This document shows positions 25,231 to 37,990 of a stretch of DNA of 64,000 bases, piece after piece. The DNA is taken from assembly GCA_003427395.1 (NCBI GenBank), contig BFEA01000015.1:6695859-6759858 (forward strand), read 5' to 3'. The notes below the pieces were generated by a model. The model was not told the DNA's origin and ran no database searches. It saw nothing but the letters and a program-made list of their open reading frames with translations. Every line of letters begins with the position of its first letter. The stretch's first letter is position 1. The stretch comes from Chara braunii. Taxonomy: Eukaryota; Plantae; Charophyceae. Made by a program: the position numbers and the translations under genes.

Positions 25231-25580
25231 ATGCTCATTGCCAAATTTCTGATATGCCCTGGTAGCATCTCTCCCTGGGCCAGGGGAAAGACTGCGAGTG
25301 TCAACAAGGGCCACAGGGGCTCGCTGGAAAGATGGACGGTACCAATAAGGGCATATGGGAAACTTCAGTGCTGGTTCTCAACGGCCATCCGGTAGGGGCA
25401 TACTGAAAATTTGGTACTGGTACCGGTAGGGGCATATGAAACATTTTTCAGGCCCAAATGACGCCAGGGGTTTTCTGAAAACATCATTTGTCGTCAGAGG
25501 GGCGCGACAAGGAAAGTTGGCCGTCAGAGGGGCATGCCGCAAATAAACGCAAACTTCAGGGGCATTTCGAAAATTTTCCC
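24864..25580. mobile_element. Mutator-like non-autonomous element
   Basis: TIRs of more than 45 bp, GGG(C/A)AAATTTTCGAAATGCCCC..AAGTTTGCGTTTATTTGCGGC; T-rich flanks compatible with a 9-bp TSD; internal (TG)n. Confidence 0.75.
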
Positions 25581-25860
25581 TTTTCTTTTTTTTTTCCTTT
25601 CAAATTCGTTCAATTCACCCAACCTACCTTAGCACTCCTCCTACAGGCTTCCCCCGAATACAACAGACGGTTATTATAGCTGAAGTTAGAGTGAAAGATA
25701 CCCCAAATTCACCTATAATTAATGACCGTACGTTGTATTCGGGGGTAGATTGTAGGGCTTATACACTGGGACCCGTGCAAACAGTGCACTGGATATTAGG
25801 AGAGCGACAGAGCTGATGTAGGAGAGCGCACTGGATATTAGGATAGCGGATGTGCCGAAC

Positions 25861-26150
25861 AGGCCTATGCTCCACCGGTCACCAAATGTGCAAAATGAGA
25901 ATGGGAAGGTACATGGCCATGTTGTTTGTTTGTCTTTTGTGCATTGCATGTGGTGTAGTGGAGCGAGGCCCATAAACTGTCGAGAGAAAAAGGAAGCCTC
26001 GCTCCGCCACTCACCACATGCACAAAAGACAAAAAATATTGTGATAAAAAAACAAAACGACAAAAGATATAGCCGTGTATGTATGTGCCCATGTTCTGGC
26101 AGACGATTCATTCTCGTTTTGCACATTTGGTGAGTAGCGGAGTGAGGCCC
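25861..26150. mobile_element. Two adjacent foldback MITE copies upstream of carB
   Basis: (A/G)GCC..GCTCC...TCACCA.ATG...TGGTG(A)GTAG.GGAG.GAGGCCC units at ~25861-25971 and ~25996-26150; a related end at 24055-24100. Confidence 0.55.
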
Positions 26151-26791
26151 ATATACAAATACTACAGAATACTAATACTACAGAAGAACGGATTGTGGGA
26201 CACATGGATGGGGGCGCGCTTGGCCCCCAAGTTTGAGGAGGCCTTCGCGGTATCTCCAAAAAAAAATGTGGTGTGGTGTGGGAGAACTACGCCGTCGATC
26301 GGCTAAATCTACGGTGAATGGGATGCCCTCACGATCGCTCGCAGTTCTTGGGGAGGTGGACTGGGCCTCGACGATTCGTATTCGTATCACTCACTGGTAG
26401 TAATTCACAAGGAAAGGATGTCCTTGAGAGCATCTGTACCCTAACCTAATAGGGTAGGGAGAAGCAATCAATTGGCGCCTTGGGGGTGTAAAGAAGTTCG
26501 ATCCCCTGCAGACGTGTGATGAAATGTGACGCGTGACAGCGTGGCGCCGAAGGGTGTGTGACCTGTCTGACTGATTAGTTAGCGGCCGCCACGCGCGTGC
26601 GCTTCGTCGGATTCTACCATTGCCATAAGAAGCATTAGGTAGGAAATGACGGGTTTGCTGCGCTCTAAACAGGTGTAAGACGAGGAGAGAGAGGTGGTGC
26701 AGAGGAGGAGGAAGGGGGAGCGGGGAGAGGTAATTGTTGCTGCCACGTGGGCTGTAGAGCGTGAGCCGCCGTGGACACGTTGGCAGCAGCT

Positions 26792-29700
26792 ATGGCAACC
26801 AACGCGGTGGTATGCCAGGCGGCGGCCAGCGCGTCCTCGTTGCGCCACGTGTCGCATTCCCCGACGGTCCTTTCTTCCGACGAGTCGGAAGAGTGCTTCC
26901 GGTGTTGGAGACCGGCTGATGCAGCGTTCGTCGTGGCGGGATCGGGCGGCCGTGGTGTGCCAACGGTGAAGCGGAAGAAGACGGTGGCGCCGTCGTCTGC
27001 TGCGGCCATTGTGGGAGAAAGAGGAGGGGGGGCGGTGAAGGGGGGGCTGGCGCATTTTGTGCCTCGTCGTCGTCAGGACCGGTTAGGTTGGAGTTGGCGG
27101 TGCGCAGGTGAGCTAGCGTCTTCGGGTTGCCTCGAGGGGGAGGAAAAGGAAAGCTCATTCGCGGTGGTGGCATTGGCGGCGGCGCGGAGCAGCAGCGGGC
27201 GAACCAGGGAGAAGACGGCGCAGCGACGAAACAAACACTCCTCCTTCCCCGCTCGTTGGTCTTCTGGGGACCTCGGAGGGTCGTCGCTATCTACGGTGAA
27301 CGGCGGCGATGGGACGGCGTCCACTCTCTCGCCATTTTTTTGTAATGGGGGATCCCGACTGCGACTGCCACGTGGTGCCATGCCTTCATCTCGCCGGTCG
27401 TCGGCGGGAGGATCGGTGTCTTGCGCACACGCTGGCGCGGGGTTGCGCGGCGGTGCAGGTCCTCGGCGGACCTCGAAAGCCGGCCAGCAGGCGGCGGCGG
27501 CTGCCGTTTCGTCAATGGACGCCATTCCCTCGCTTGTCGACGGCGGCGGCGGCGGCGGCGCGGAGTCCCCTGCGCCCACGTGGAGCCCTTTCGGCAGCGC
27601 AACAAGCAGCTCCAAGCGCACGGACATTCGGAAGATCATGATCTTGGGCGCTGGGCCCATCGTCATTGGTCAAGCTTGCGAGTTTGATTACTCCGGTACA
27701 CAGGCGTGCAAAGCTCTCAAGGCGGAGGGATACCAGGTCGTGCTAATCAACTCTAATCCTGCTACCATTATGACGGATCCGGGAATGGCTGACAGGACTT
27801 ACGTCACGCCGATGACGCCCGAGCTCGTGGCGAAGGTGATCGAGCAGGAGCGCCCCGATGCTCTCCTTCCCACGATGGGCGGGCAGACGGCTTTGAATCT
27901 TGCCGTCGCGTTGTCGGAGTCCGGCGTGCTGGACAAATTTGGCGTCGAACTGATTGGCGCCAAGCTGGATGCGATCAAGAAGGCGGAGGACAGGCTGTTG
28001 TTCCGCGAGGCCATGGAGAGGATCGGATTGAAGTGCGCGCCGTCGGGGATAGGCACGTCGCTGGACGAGTGTCTGAAAATTGCCGATCAGATCGGCGAGT
28101 ACCCGTTGATCATCCGACCGGCTTTCACGCTTGGAGGCACTGGCGGCGGAATCGCCTACAACAAGCAGGAATTCGAGGACACGTGTAAGGCTGGATTGGC
28201 AGCGAGCCTGACGAAGCAAGTGCTCGTGGAGAAGTCGTTGCTGGGGTGGAAGGAGTACGAGCTGGAGGTGATGAGGGATTTGGCAGACAACGTGGTGATC
28301 ATCTGTACCATTGAGAACGTGGACCCGATGGGTGTGCACACGGGGGACTCGATCACCGTTGCGCCGGCGCAGACGTTGACGGACAAAGAGTACCAGCGGC
28401 TGCGCGATTACTCCCTGGCAATCATACGAGAGATCGGTGTGGAGTGCGGCGGGTCCAACGTGCAGTTCGCGGTGAACCCGGAGGACGGGGAGGTGATGAT
28501 CATCGAGATGAATCCTAGGGTGAGTCGGTCTTCCGCCTTGGCGTCGAAAGCCACAGGCTTTCCCATCGCGAAGATGGCGGCGAAGCTGGCCGTGGGTTAC
28601 ACGTTGGACCAGATCCCTAACGACATCACGTTGAAAACGCCGGCGAGCTTCGAGCCGTCGATCGACTACGTCGTGACGAAGATCCCACGGTTCGCGTTCG
28701 AGAAGTTCCCCGGGTCCACGCCTATCCTGACCACGCAGATGAAGTCCGTCGGCGAGGCCATGGCCATTGGCAGGACGTTTCAGGAGTCATTTCAGAAGGC
28801 GCTGCGCTCATTGGAGAACAACCACGCCGGCTTCGGCTGTGAGAGAGTGAAGGAACTCGACATGGACTGGGAGAAGCTCAAGTACAATCTCCGCGTGCCC
28901 AATCCGGACAGACTGTTTGCGCTGTACGCGGCGATGAGGCGCGGGATGGCGGACGAGGAGGTGCGGGAGCTGACGAACTTCGATCCCTGGTTCGTCGCGC
29001 AGCTGCGCGAGCTGCTGGACTTCGAGAGGTATATGGAGGCGCCGTCAACGACGTTGGAAGGCCTGGACGCCGACGATTGGCTGGAGATCAAACGGCGGGG
29101 ATTCTCCGACAAGCAGATCGCGTACGCGATGCACGAGAAGGAGAGCGACGTGCGGCGGCGGCGGCTGGCGCTGGGTGTGAAGCCGACGTTCAAGCGCGTG
29201 GACACGTGCGCCGCGGAATTCGAAGCGCACACGCCCTACATGTACTCGTCCTACGAGAGCGGCGGAGATTGCGAGAGCGATCCCACCGAGGGCGTCAAGA
29301 AAGTGCTTATCCTCGGCGGAGGACCGAATCGTATAGGTCAAGGGATCGAGTTTGATTACTGCTGTTGCCACGCGGCCTTCTCGCTGAAGGAAGCGGGATT
29401 CGAGACGATCATGATGAATTCCAATCCGGAGACGGTGTCGACGGACTACGACACGAGCGACCGGTTGTACTTTGAGCCGCTGACGGTGGAGGACGTGATT
29501 AACGTCATCGAGCTGGAGCGACCGGACGGCATTATCGTGCAGTTCGGAGGGCAGACCCCTCTGAAGCTCGCGGTGCCCATTCAGGAGTATCTGGAGGAGG
29601 CCAGGCTTCTCGCGGCCAGCGGGGAGGGGGAGGTCCGGATATGGGGGACGCAGCCGGATGCAATCGACGCCGCGGAGGACAGGAAGCGTTTCGAGGCGAT

Positions 29701-31006
29701 CCTGAGGGAGCTGGGGATCAATCAGCCGCCAGGAGGAATGGCGCGCAGTGAGGACGATGCCATGGCTATTGCGCACCGAGTGGGCTATCCCGTGGTGGTG
29801 AGGCCGTCGTACGTCCTTGGAGGAAGGGCGATGGAGATCGTGTACGATGACGCAATGCTGACCAAGTACCTGGAGACTGCCGTCGAGGTGGACCCGGAAA
29901 GGCCTGTGCTCGTCGACAAGTACCTTCAGGATGCGACGGAGATCGACGTGGACGCTCTCTGCGATCCCTACGGCAACGTGGTCATCGGTGGCATCATGGA
30001 ACACATCGAGCAGGCGGGCATCCACTCCGGGGACTCCGCCTGCACCATCCCGACCCAGACGATTGCCCCGGCGGTGCTGTGCACGATCCGCTCGTGGACG
30101 ACGGCATTGGCGCAAAGACTCGGCGTGTGTGGTTTGATGAACTGCCAGTATGCCGTCACGCCCTCGGGCGATACCTACATCATCGAGGCGAATCCCCGTG
30201 CGTCGAGGACGGTGCCATTCGTGTCCAAGGCGATCGGGCACCCTCTTGCAAAATACGCGTCGCTCGTAATGTCTGGCCAATCTCTGTCGGATCTGGAGTT
30301 TACCGAAGAGGTCATTCCCCGCCACGTGTCGGTCAAGGAGGCCGTCTTGCCCTTCGACAAATTCCCGGGGGTGGATACCATCCTCGGGCCGGAAATGCGG
30401 AGCACTGGAGAGGTTATGGGAATCGACGAGTCGTTTGATCGTGCGTTCGCTAAGGCTCAGATAGCGGCCAATCAACGGTTGCCGTTGAGTGGATCTGTAT
30501 TCGTAAGCATGAACGACCAGCTAAAAGAGCGCGTCATACCGGTCGCCCGCGGTCTTTACGACCTTGGGTTCAAGATCATCGCCACCCAGGGGACGGCGTC
30601 CGTTCTAGAGGCGGCGGGTGTGCCCTGCGAAAGGGTTCTCAAGCTGCACGAGGGCCGTCCTCATGCTGGGGACCTCATTGCTAATGGCCAGATACAGATG
30701 TTGCTGATCACAATGTCAGGAGACGCATTGGATATGAAGGATGGCAGGGAGCTCAGACGAACGGCTCTCGCCTACAAATTGCCTATTGTGACAACCATAG
30801 CAGGAGGGGAGGCCACGTTGCGGGCAATCCGAGGGCTCATGTCTTCACAAGTCCAAATGACGGCTCTGCAAGATTACTTCTTACCTCCGTCCTCCTCTGA
30901 GGACGGTGCTCCTGCCTCCTCCCCTTCTTCGTCATCGTCGGTACTTTCCTTGTCGGCTGGTGTCTCTGCTCCTGCTGCGACCACGATAATCGGCGGAGGG
31001 CAATAA
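26792..31006 (+). CDS. carB: Carbamoyl-phosphate synthase large subunit, probably a plastid-targeted precursor
   Basis: Uninterrupted ORF; first ATG at 26792 gives 1404 aa. Motifs: [96 protein letters not shown] and a C-terminal MGS-like domain. Ser/Ala/Arg-rich N-terminus; high GC3. Confidence 0.98.
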   Translation: MATNAVVCQAAASASSLRHVSHSPTVLSSDESEECFRCWRPADAAFVVAGSGGRGVPTVKRKKTVAPSSAAAIVGERGGGAVKGGLAHFVPRRRQDRLGWSWRCAGELASSGCLEGEEKESSFAVVALAAARSSSGRTREKTAQRRNKHSSFPARWSSGDLGGSSLSTVNGGDGTASTLSPFFCNGGSRLRLPRGAMPSSRRSSAGGSVSCAHAGAGLRGGAGPRRTSKAGQQAAAAAVSSMDAIPSLVDGGGGGGAESPAPTWSPFGSATSSSKRTDIRKIMILGAGPIVIGQACEFDYSGTQACKALKAEGYQVVLINSNPATIMTDPGMADRTYVTPMTPELVAKVIEQERPDALLPTMGGQTALNLAVALSESGVLDKFGVELIGAKLDAIKKAEDRLLFREAMERIGLKCAPSGIGTSLDECLKIADQIGEYPLIIRPAFTLGGTGGGIAYNKQEFEDTCKAGLAASLTKQVLVEKSLLGWKEYELEVMRDLADNVVIICTIENVDPMGVHTGDSITVAPAQTLTDKEYQRLRDYSLAIIREIGVECGGSNVQFAVNPEDGEVMIIEMNPRVSRSSALASKATGFPIAKMAAKLAVGYTLDQIPNDITLKTPASFEPSIDYVVTKIPRFAFEKFPGSTPILTTQMKSVGEAMAIGRTFQESFQKALRSLENNHAGFGCERVKELDMDWEKLKYNLRVPNPDRLFALYAAMRRGMADEEVRELTNFDPWFVAQLRELLDFERYMEAPSTTLEGLDADDWLEIKRRGFSDKQIAYAMHEKESDVRRRRLALGVKPTFKRVDTCAAEFEAHTPYMYSSYESGGDCESDPTEGVKKVLILGGGPNRIGQGIEFDYCCCHAAFSLKEAGFETIMMNSNPETVSTDYDTSDRLYFEPLTVEDVINVIELERPDGIIVQFGGQTPLKLAVPIQEYLEEARLLAASGEGEVRIWGTQPDAIDAAEDRKRFEAILRELGINQPPGGMARSEDDAMAIAHRVGYPVVVRPSYVLGGRAMEIVYDDAMLTKYLETAVEVDPERPVLVDKYLQDATEIDVDALCDPYGNVVIGGIMEHIEQAGIHSGDSACTIPTQTIAPAVLCTIRSWTTALAQRLGVCGLMNCQYAVTPSGDTYIIEANPRASRTVPFVSKAIGHPLAKYASLVMSGQSLSDLEFTEEVIPRHVSVKEAVLPFDKFPGVDTILGPEMRSTGEVMGIDESFDRAFAKAQIAANQRLPLSGSVFVSMNDQLKERVIPVARGLYDLGFKIIATQGTASVLEAAGVPCERVLKLHEGRPHAGDLIANGQIQMLLITMSGDALDMKDGRELRRTALAYKLPIVTTIAGGEATLRAIRGLMSSQVQMTALQDYFLPPSSSEDGAPASSPSSSSSVLSLSAGVSAPAATTIIGGGQ

Positions 31007-31033
31007 CAAATTGTGGTGATGATAAATATAGCT

Positions 31034-31034
31034 C

Positions 31035-31097
<63 letters not shown>
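31034..31097. repeat. (CT)n microsatellite in the carB 3' region
   Basis: Directly visible. Other (TG)n/(GA)n tracts at ~32285-32683, 41608-41681, 42941-43126, 60436-60487 and 63358-63431. Confidence 0.95.
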
Positions 31098-31098
<1 letters not shown>

Positions 31099-32292
31099 CT
31101 CGCTCGCTCCCTCGCTCTGTGTCCCCAGTCTCCTATTCTTATACCCCCTCTGTGTTCGATGCTCTGTTTCGCTGTTGTTGTTCCCCCGCCGCCCCCCTCC
31201 CCCCCCCTCCCCTCTCTCCTCTAGTCTGTGCTGCTTCCTCTCCTCCTGGTTTTCCATCTCTCTCTTTCCTGTCTTTGTTTCCACCTCCTCTTTTTTCCCC
31301 TCTCCCATTGCTCTTCTGCTGCCTTAGGCTATGTTTCACTTTGGCATCTACTCGCCCTCGCTGTGTTGGCCAATCGGACGAGCGAGCGTGCGTTGAGTTT
31401 CGGCGGGTATTCCCGCGAGCGGATGCCGCGAGTTGACGTCAATACTTTTGCCACGTGGATCGCTGCGGAGTCTTTTTTTTTTTTCGGGGATTTCATGTCC
31501 ATCATCAGTGCACGACGACGCGGATTAATTAAGGTGAGTGAAGTGAAGTGCGCACATGCGTCAATACTTTTGCTTGGTAGGGGTTTTCATGGAGGGGGGG
31601 AGGGGGGGTGCAGCGGCTCGCCGAAGGACGCGGGCTCGAGGGGTCTGTCAGACAGCCGTGTAAGGCTGAGGAAGCGTAAACAGGGAAATTGACGACGGCG
31701 AACGAGAAGGGGAGGAAAAAGGGAGATTAAAAGGGTTTGGATACGAAGTTGAAAGACGGAAAAGGAAGGAAGGGAGGGAGATTAGGTCAACAAGATGAAA
31801 TGGGGGAATCGATTCTTAGACCGTAACATACTTTTGGACCTCGTCGCTTGCTCCTCTGATCTTGCCGCCGAAGTTCCGTTTTTCCGGCTATCTTGTCTCG
31901 TCTTGCTTGTAGAAGGTATAGTGTTGTGGCTGCGTCGCCGCACTCACCGCGCTTATTGCCGCTTTAAGAGATGATTTACTCCTATTTCTTCCCTTTGATT
32001 GGATGCGATACATGTCAGAGTATGCGATTCACATAACATCTGAATAGCAAATGTACGCACGCAATGCATGGACGTCGCGCAGCGTCAGACTTCCGAAATG
32101 TAGGGGTTGTGCTCCCATCAAGTTCATGTTCTCCGTTCTTTGAGGCTCCTCGGTTCCGACGGAGGTGTCCGGCGTTTGGGTCTGATTGGCATGGTCATGT
32201 CCTCTCTGCTGTCTCCCTATTCAGTCAGCTGTCTAGGTTCGCGTCTTCATATCAGACCTTCAGGGGTGTTTGAGTATGTGTATGTGTGTGTA

Positions 32293-32395
<103 letters not shown>

Positions 32396-32624
32396 NNNNN
32401 NNNNNNNNNNNNNNNNNNNNNNNNNNNNNNNNNNNNNNNNNNNNNNNNNNNNNNNNNNNNNNNNNNNNNNNNNNNNNNNNNNNNNNNNNNNNNNNNNNNN
32501 NNNNNNNNNNNNNNNNNNNNNNNNNNNNNNNNNNNNNNNNNNNNNNNNNNNNNNNNNNNNNNNNNNNNNNNNNNNNNNNNNNNNNNNNNNNNNNNNNNNN
32601 NNNNNNNNNNNNNNNNNNNNNNNN

Positions 32625-32687
<63 letters not shown>

Positions 32688-33405
32688 GAAAGAGGAGTAA
32701 GAGGTGGGATTGGTGAAAGGATCTTCTGGTTGTTGAGGATTCGGAACTTGCATGCCGTGCTGAGGGGAAGTGAAGGAAGAAGTATGCGGGACAGAGCAGG
32801 TGAGATGAATCTTTTGGAGTTCTCTAGGGTTGGGAACTTGCAGTGAAGCGGTGTGTGCGGATCGCTGCTGTCTTCTGTGTGTTAGAACGTGGACGATTCT
32901 CCGCACGGGGCGGGGTGGTTTTTGCTCTGTCCTGTTGTGTTTCTGCTCCTTGGGTGAGGGCGTTTTTCATTATCACTTTATAAGCCTTTCAACGCACACG
33001 ACGCCCATAAATGACCCCTATCGGTTTATGAGGCCTACTTGAGACATCATCTCATATGTGGACCTCGAATCTTATTCAGGGGGGTCATTTATGGGACTGA
33101 TTTCTGATTTCCGATTTCCGGAGTTGAGCACTGAGCTCCTTACGTGGAGTGGATGCCGAAAGTGCATCCGTTTTTTTTTGTGTGATGGGTTGGACGAACA
33201 CCTCCTCACCTCATGCTATTCATGGACAGCTCACTGTGAGCCTAGTTGCACCACTCGCCATCTGCCAACATTTTGAATGCATCAGGTCAGATTGCCTGTT
33301 CAGATTCATTCGGAACTTCGCCGGATGGTGAGTCGTGCAGCTAAGCCCTGTGTCGCATTTCGATTCCTGGTAGATGCACCGTCATAGTAATACGTCAGAT
33401 TTGTA

Positions 33406-33493
33406 CCGTACATTGATGTAAGAGCCGTACATTGATGTAAGAGCCGTACAGTGATGTAAGAGCCGTACATTAGCCGTACATATTGATGTAAGA
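33406..33493. repeat. 19-bp minisatellite
   Basis: ccgtacattgatgtaagag, about 4 copies. Confidence 0.85.
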
Positions 33494-34025
33494 GTTTTGT
33501 GTTTGAGACATTGGTGTAGAGGTTATTTCTGCATATGGTTATACTGTGGGGCCAAACGTAATTCAGCGCAGTGAATCTGTTTATGGAGGGCAGCGGATTT
33601 GATATCAAAACTCAAAAAAAAAGAAAACGTTTTTGAGACTTGCGAGACAAAAAAATAAGGGAGCGGAGTGTATTCATGCTGACTAAGGCACCTTCACAGT
33701 GCAAGAGATTGTGATATGGAGTTTTCTCTGTGTCGCTCGCTAGCCCGGGGGGTCGAACGGAAGAAGAAGCTCCAGCAGATTGAATCTGTTCGTGGTGGAG
33801 TACAACGGATAATATTGAAACGGAAAGAAATGGCTTTGAGCCCGATGAGACAAATAAACGCGAAGTGTATTGAACTTTGGTCAAACGGCTTGTGACCCAC
33901 ACAAGAAAAATCCGCCTCTCTTCCCTCTTCAGACTTGAAAATCGCACATAGGGGCTGTCTACTTCCTATTTGACCTCTTTCAATGATATGCATGTGTCTC
34001 AGTGTGTCCTTGTCCCTCTCTCTCT

Positions 34026-34058
<33 letters not shown>

Positions 34059-34464
34059 GCGTGTCACACTTCAGAAGACTTCATGCAATTTGGACACACT
34101 TGAGTCGCTCAGGAAGGATTGGATGAAATTACAGTTGATGGGAAGCTTTGCTGAGAATTGAAATTGAACGTACACACATAAATTCCGTAGTATGGACCGT
34201 CCACAGGGGCACCAAGCTGCCCAGATCGTACAGCATCATACGGGATCTGAAATGAGGTAGATTGCCAGAACTGCCTGGCTATGGCTCATAATAATGATAT
34301 TCTTCTTCCCACTTAAGCACTTCACTCGAGCGAACTTGCCATATTCTTCCCTAAATTTCACCTCTCGCTACGTGCTATACATGGAACCACTGCAGGCATA
34401 GCTCTCTCTCAAAATCAAGGGGGTGCATGTTGCCCCCGGATCCTATGGGGGGTGGTCAGGGAGT

Positions 34465-34700
34465 AGGGGACCCCAAATCTCCTGACTAACGGGTCCAAAA
34501 CTGAAATCAGGGTTTGGGGGTCAAATTTCATGTGTTTTTTGCTTTTTTTGCCTGTTTTTGTTGTGGTTTAAGGTTGCTGTGTGCCAAATTTGGTATCCTT
34601 TGGGCCATTGGAATTTCCTCTGATCAGAGTCTGATGAGGCTTCTGAAATTTGTCAAGATTTCTGAAATTGGAATATTGGCGAAACTTCATGAAAGTGCAC
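34465..34700 (+). repeat. Dispersed repeat with an inverted homologue at ~45915-46170
   Basis: Shared blocks ctcctgactaa.gggtcca.aactgaaat.agggtttggg, gtgtgccaaatttggtatc, ttggaatttcctctg and ttcatgaaagtg. Confidence 0.8.
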
Positions 34701-34849
34701 GTTTGCCGTGCAGTTTTATAGTTTTTTTTAGTTTTTTTTTTTTTTTTTTTTTTTGGCAAGTACTAAGTAGTTAACATGATCTCCATTCTATGAATTGGTG
34801 GCAACTTGGCAAGTTTGGTTAAAATGACCCCCCTTGGGTTCTGTTATAA

Positions 34850-35816
34850 ATGGCATGCGAAGCTGTCTGAAAATTGAGGCCTCCGGTAACCACCTCTCGA
34901 TATACGCGAGCCAGGAGTAGTACATATCGAGTCCGATGCCTGCAATGTGGCGATGATTTCGTCAGTGCTGCAGGCCTGCGTGTGCACCAGACACTAGGTG
35001 CAGCGACCTGCGCAGCACATGCACGACTAGCCAGCCACTTTGAGCACAAGTGCGACTGAGCAACTTCCATTCCCGCATCTGACCCATCTATGCCTTATCC
35101 ACCTGACCCTGCATGCTCCCCTCCTCATATGATAATGAGCCACCTGCTGGAGCCCCCAGATTCCAGAAGATCTCTCTCGGGAGCGCATAATACAGCCGGA
35201 GGAAGGTGACAGATATGGTCAACACTGCAACGACTCTCCGCCTGCCGTGAAATCTGGAGAATCGGATGAACGTCCCCCTGCTGCTCGACCTGCAGAATCG
35301 GATGATGTCATAGTGCTGCAGTGAGGACACTCTGCGTACTATGCCATTAATGTGTCTCCTTGCCCAGAATTGCAACCCTTATATTGTTTCTGATTATGCA
35401 AACTTTGTCCGCTGGATAGAAGAGAGCACCATGCCGTCTGCTCGGAGGACGACAGTACTGCACCTGTCGTGAACGTAGAAGTCCTATCTATGGCATTTAT
35501 GGGTAGGCGACTACAACTCCAGCCTACTCTGCAAAATCACGTGGCAGGCATGGATCCGAATATTCAGGCATACATCTTACATCGTCCAGATCATTTCAGT
35601 GCTCTTATCTTTGCGGATAACTTACGGACCCTGTGGGACAATGGCGGTAGATGTGACATCTGTCTGTGCGGTGCCGATTGCTGTAGTAATTGTGACTGTG
35701 AGAATTGGATGCGGTGCTTCCACAGGCCCAGGCCACACCCAAATCGGTCCTGCCCGGTGTATGGCGCACGGGGGCTATGGAACCGCGCATTCATTGAACG
35801 TGACTTTTCTGTTTAA
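34850..35816 (+). pseudogene. Degenerate ORF: C2H2-like zinc finger, low-complexity linker, Josephin-like cysteine protease domain, Cys-rich tail
   Basis: CLQCGDDFVSAAGLRVHQ; VLQ*GHSAYYAINV; VNVEVLSMAFMGRRLQL; AYILHRPDHFSALIFADNLRTLWDN. Stops and frameshifts are present. Confidence 0.55.
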
Positions 35817-36204
35817 AAATGAACAGAACTGAACTCCGTTCAATGAAGGCGCGTGCACGCGGAGTTCAATTCCGGACGGATCCGCGGGGAGGGTGGAGAG
35901 GGGGGCGGGGGAGGGCTGGGGTTAGGTTCCCTGTGGTTTGTGTCGGCCTCCCCGGACCCGAAACGAAGAGAGAGAGAGAGAGAGAGAGATACTGGACCTG
36001 GTTTTCAGCAGGTGTCGCTCCCCACCAATAGATGGAGCAACCGGACTATCAAATCCTCAATCCTAGTTGTTCTCTTATCACCAGTGGGATAGAGGGCTTG
36101 TCAATGGGCTCTTTAAAAACCTAATAAAAAAATAAAAACAAATAAAATTGAATGCGAATACGAGTCCGCATTCAAACCTGCATTTGAACGCGAACGCGCG
36201 TTCA

Positions 36205-36497
36205 TCGCGCTCAAACGGCTACATAGCACGGGGACGTGCGCAGTTCAACTTGCGCTCATGGCGCTCAAACGGCTACATAGCACGGGGACGTGCGCAGTTC
36301 ANCGGGGACGTGCGCAGTTCAACTTGCGCTCATGGCGCTCAAACGGCTACATAGCACGGGGACGTGCGCAGTTCAACTTGCGCTCATGGCGCTCAAAGGC
36401 TACATAGCACGGGGATGTAGGCAGCAGCTCAACTCGCGCTCATGGCGCTCAAACGGCTCCATAGCACGGGGATGTGGGCAGCTCAACTCGCGCTCAA
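36205..36497. repeat. 54-bp minisatellite (~5 copies)
   Basis: Unit gctcaaacggctacatagcacggggacgtgcgcagttcaacttgcgctcatggc. Confidence 0.9.
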
Positions 36498-36876
36498 CCA
36501 ACAATCAACGTGGCGAACATTGTGCATGGGGGCCATGGTAAAGGAGGGAAGCTGCAAGAACAAATGAAAGGGGTAGTACCCCGAAGAAAGCAAAAAATTT
36601 AATGTGAACACATTCAAAAAGGGGCTCACAACTTTACATGCAGCTATTGCTACTTCATGTTGCTTGCTATTTTTGAGGTGAAACTGTTTCATTGTTGGGT
36701 TGTCTGAACACAAGGGCTTTTGTTTTCTGTAATTGGATTATTAAATTATTAAATATGCCTTGATTTTGGATCTGTCATCTGGGTGGAATCGGGGCTGTTG
36801 TGGTGAATACAAAACACATACACACACGTGATGGGCAAAGATCCTAGTCACTCTACCACTACGGACCGGGGCAGCA

Positions 36877-36993
36877 AGCGAACTATCTCAGTTGGTTGGC
36901 ACTAAGCGTGCCCAGGGTTAGTCTGCCAGTCGGGATTGAATCCACAACCTCCTGAATGCCACTTGCGTGCCCAACCAGCTGAGCTAGGTCGCT
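36877..36993 (-). repeat. tRNA-derived (SINE-head-like) sequence forming an inverted repeat
   Basis: The minus strand has an A box TAGCTCAGCTGG and a B-box-like GGATTCAATCCC. An inverted copy of its first ~27 nt lies at 36877-36903. Confidence 0.55.
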
Positions 36994-37593
36994 TTCTCCG
37001 CGGTCTGCCTGTTCTGCAAAGCTAATCTAGGTTCACCGGTTGTGCAAAGGAAGAAAAGGCGCACTGCCCAGTACCTACCCCCAGAATCGGAGGGGCTTTG
37101 TGTGTTTTCAATAATCATCATAAAAAAAAAAGAAAAAAAAAAAGAAAAGGATAATGCGAAGGTTTGTAAACAATAGTGACTGGTCTTTATGGACATCCGG
37201 GGCCATGTCCCACTTTTGCAGGAGTGCTAGACTGGGATAAGGATACTCCGCACTGGGTGACGGTTGATAAGGTCTTTTTTTTTTTTTTTTTAAGCCCAGG
37301 GTGTTGTAGAGGCCAAGGACCAGACCTGCGGTGATTGCTGGTAGCGGCAGCCAATGGTTGTCCTCCTGACAGGATAGGCCACCTAGCCAACCCAACCCCA
37401 CGTTAATACTCCCAGCGCACCCCCTGTCCCTACCATCCTACCTCAGTTGATAGTACTCTATACCATTTTGATGGCAGGGTCAGGAAAATAAGCTGTGTTT
37501 GTTGAGTCATATGAAGCATGGACTGAACAGAACTGCGTCCTTCCCGTGGTGGTGGATGCTTTTTGGAATTCTCTCCGTGCAGTGGTTGCTCCC

Positions 37594-37990
37594 AAATCTC
37601 ATTTTGGTAGACCTTAACCCAAACAGATCTACAATCTCAAGGGAAAAGCCGCAGAAATCTCATTTTGATCAACCTTAACCCCCCAAATCTCTAGGAAATC
37701 AAATTTCTAATTTTTTTATCAACTTTAACCCAAACAGATCTACAATCTCAAGGAAAAAGTGTCAGAAATCTCATTTTGATTAACCTTAACCCAAAAGATC
37801 TGAAGGAAACCTCATTTTGACCAACCTCAACCGAAACAGATCTACCTTTCTCGGCCTTTTGGCTAAGATCAAGTGTAGTATCTGTTCTGATCAGTTTAAT
37901 ATCTGATCCGTGAAAAAACAAAAAACAATCTCAAGGAAAAAGCCTCAGAAATCTCATTTTGATAAACCTTAACCCCCAAAATCTCAAGGA
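37594..37990. repeat. Degenerate tandem repeat (~40-60-bp units)
   Basis: aaatctcattttgat.aaccttaaccc.aa..gatct repeated about 6 times, interrupted by the U2 fragment. Confidence 0.8.
37843..37912 (+). pseudogene. 3'-truncated U2 snRNA retrocopy
   Basis: TACCTTTCTCGGCCTTTTGGCTAAGATCAAGTGTAGTATCTGTTCTGATCAGTTTAATATCTGAT matches the plant U2 5' end, including the branch-site pairing GTAGTA. Followed by an A-rich tail. Confidence 0.92.

Noticed and set aside
29045-30475. 476-aa antisense ORF and other ORFs overlapping carB
   Set aside because: Shadow ORFs caused by the high GC3 codon bias of carB.
34625-34670. CTGATGA...GAAA hammerhead candidate
   Set aside because: Stem I is out of register, and the motif is absent from the homologous copy at ~45950.
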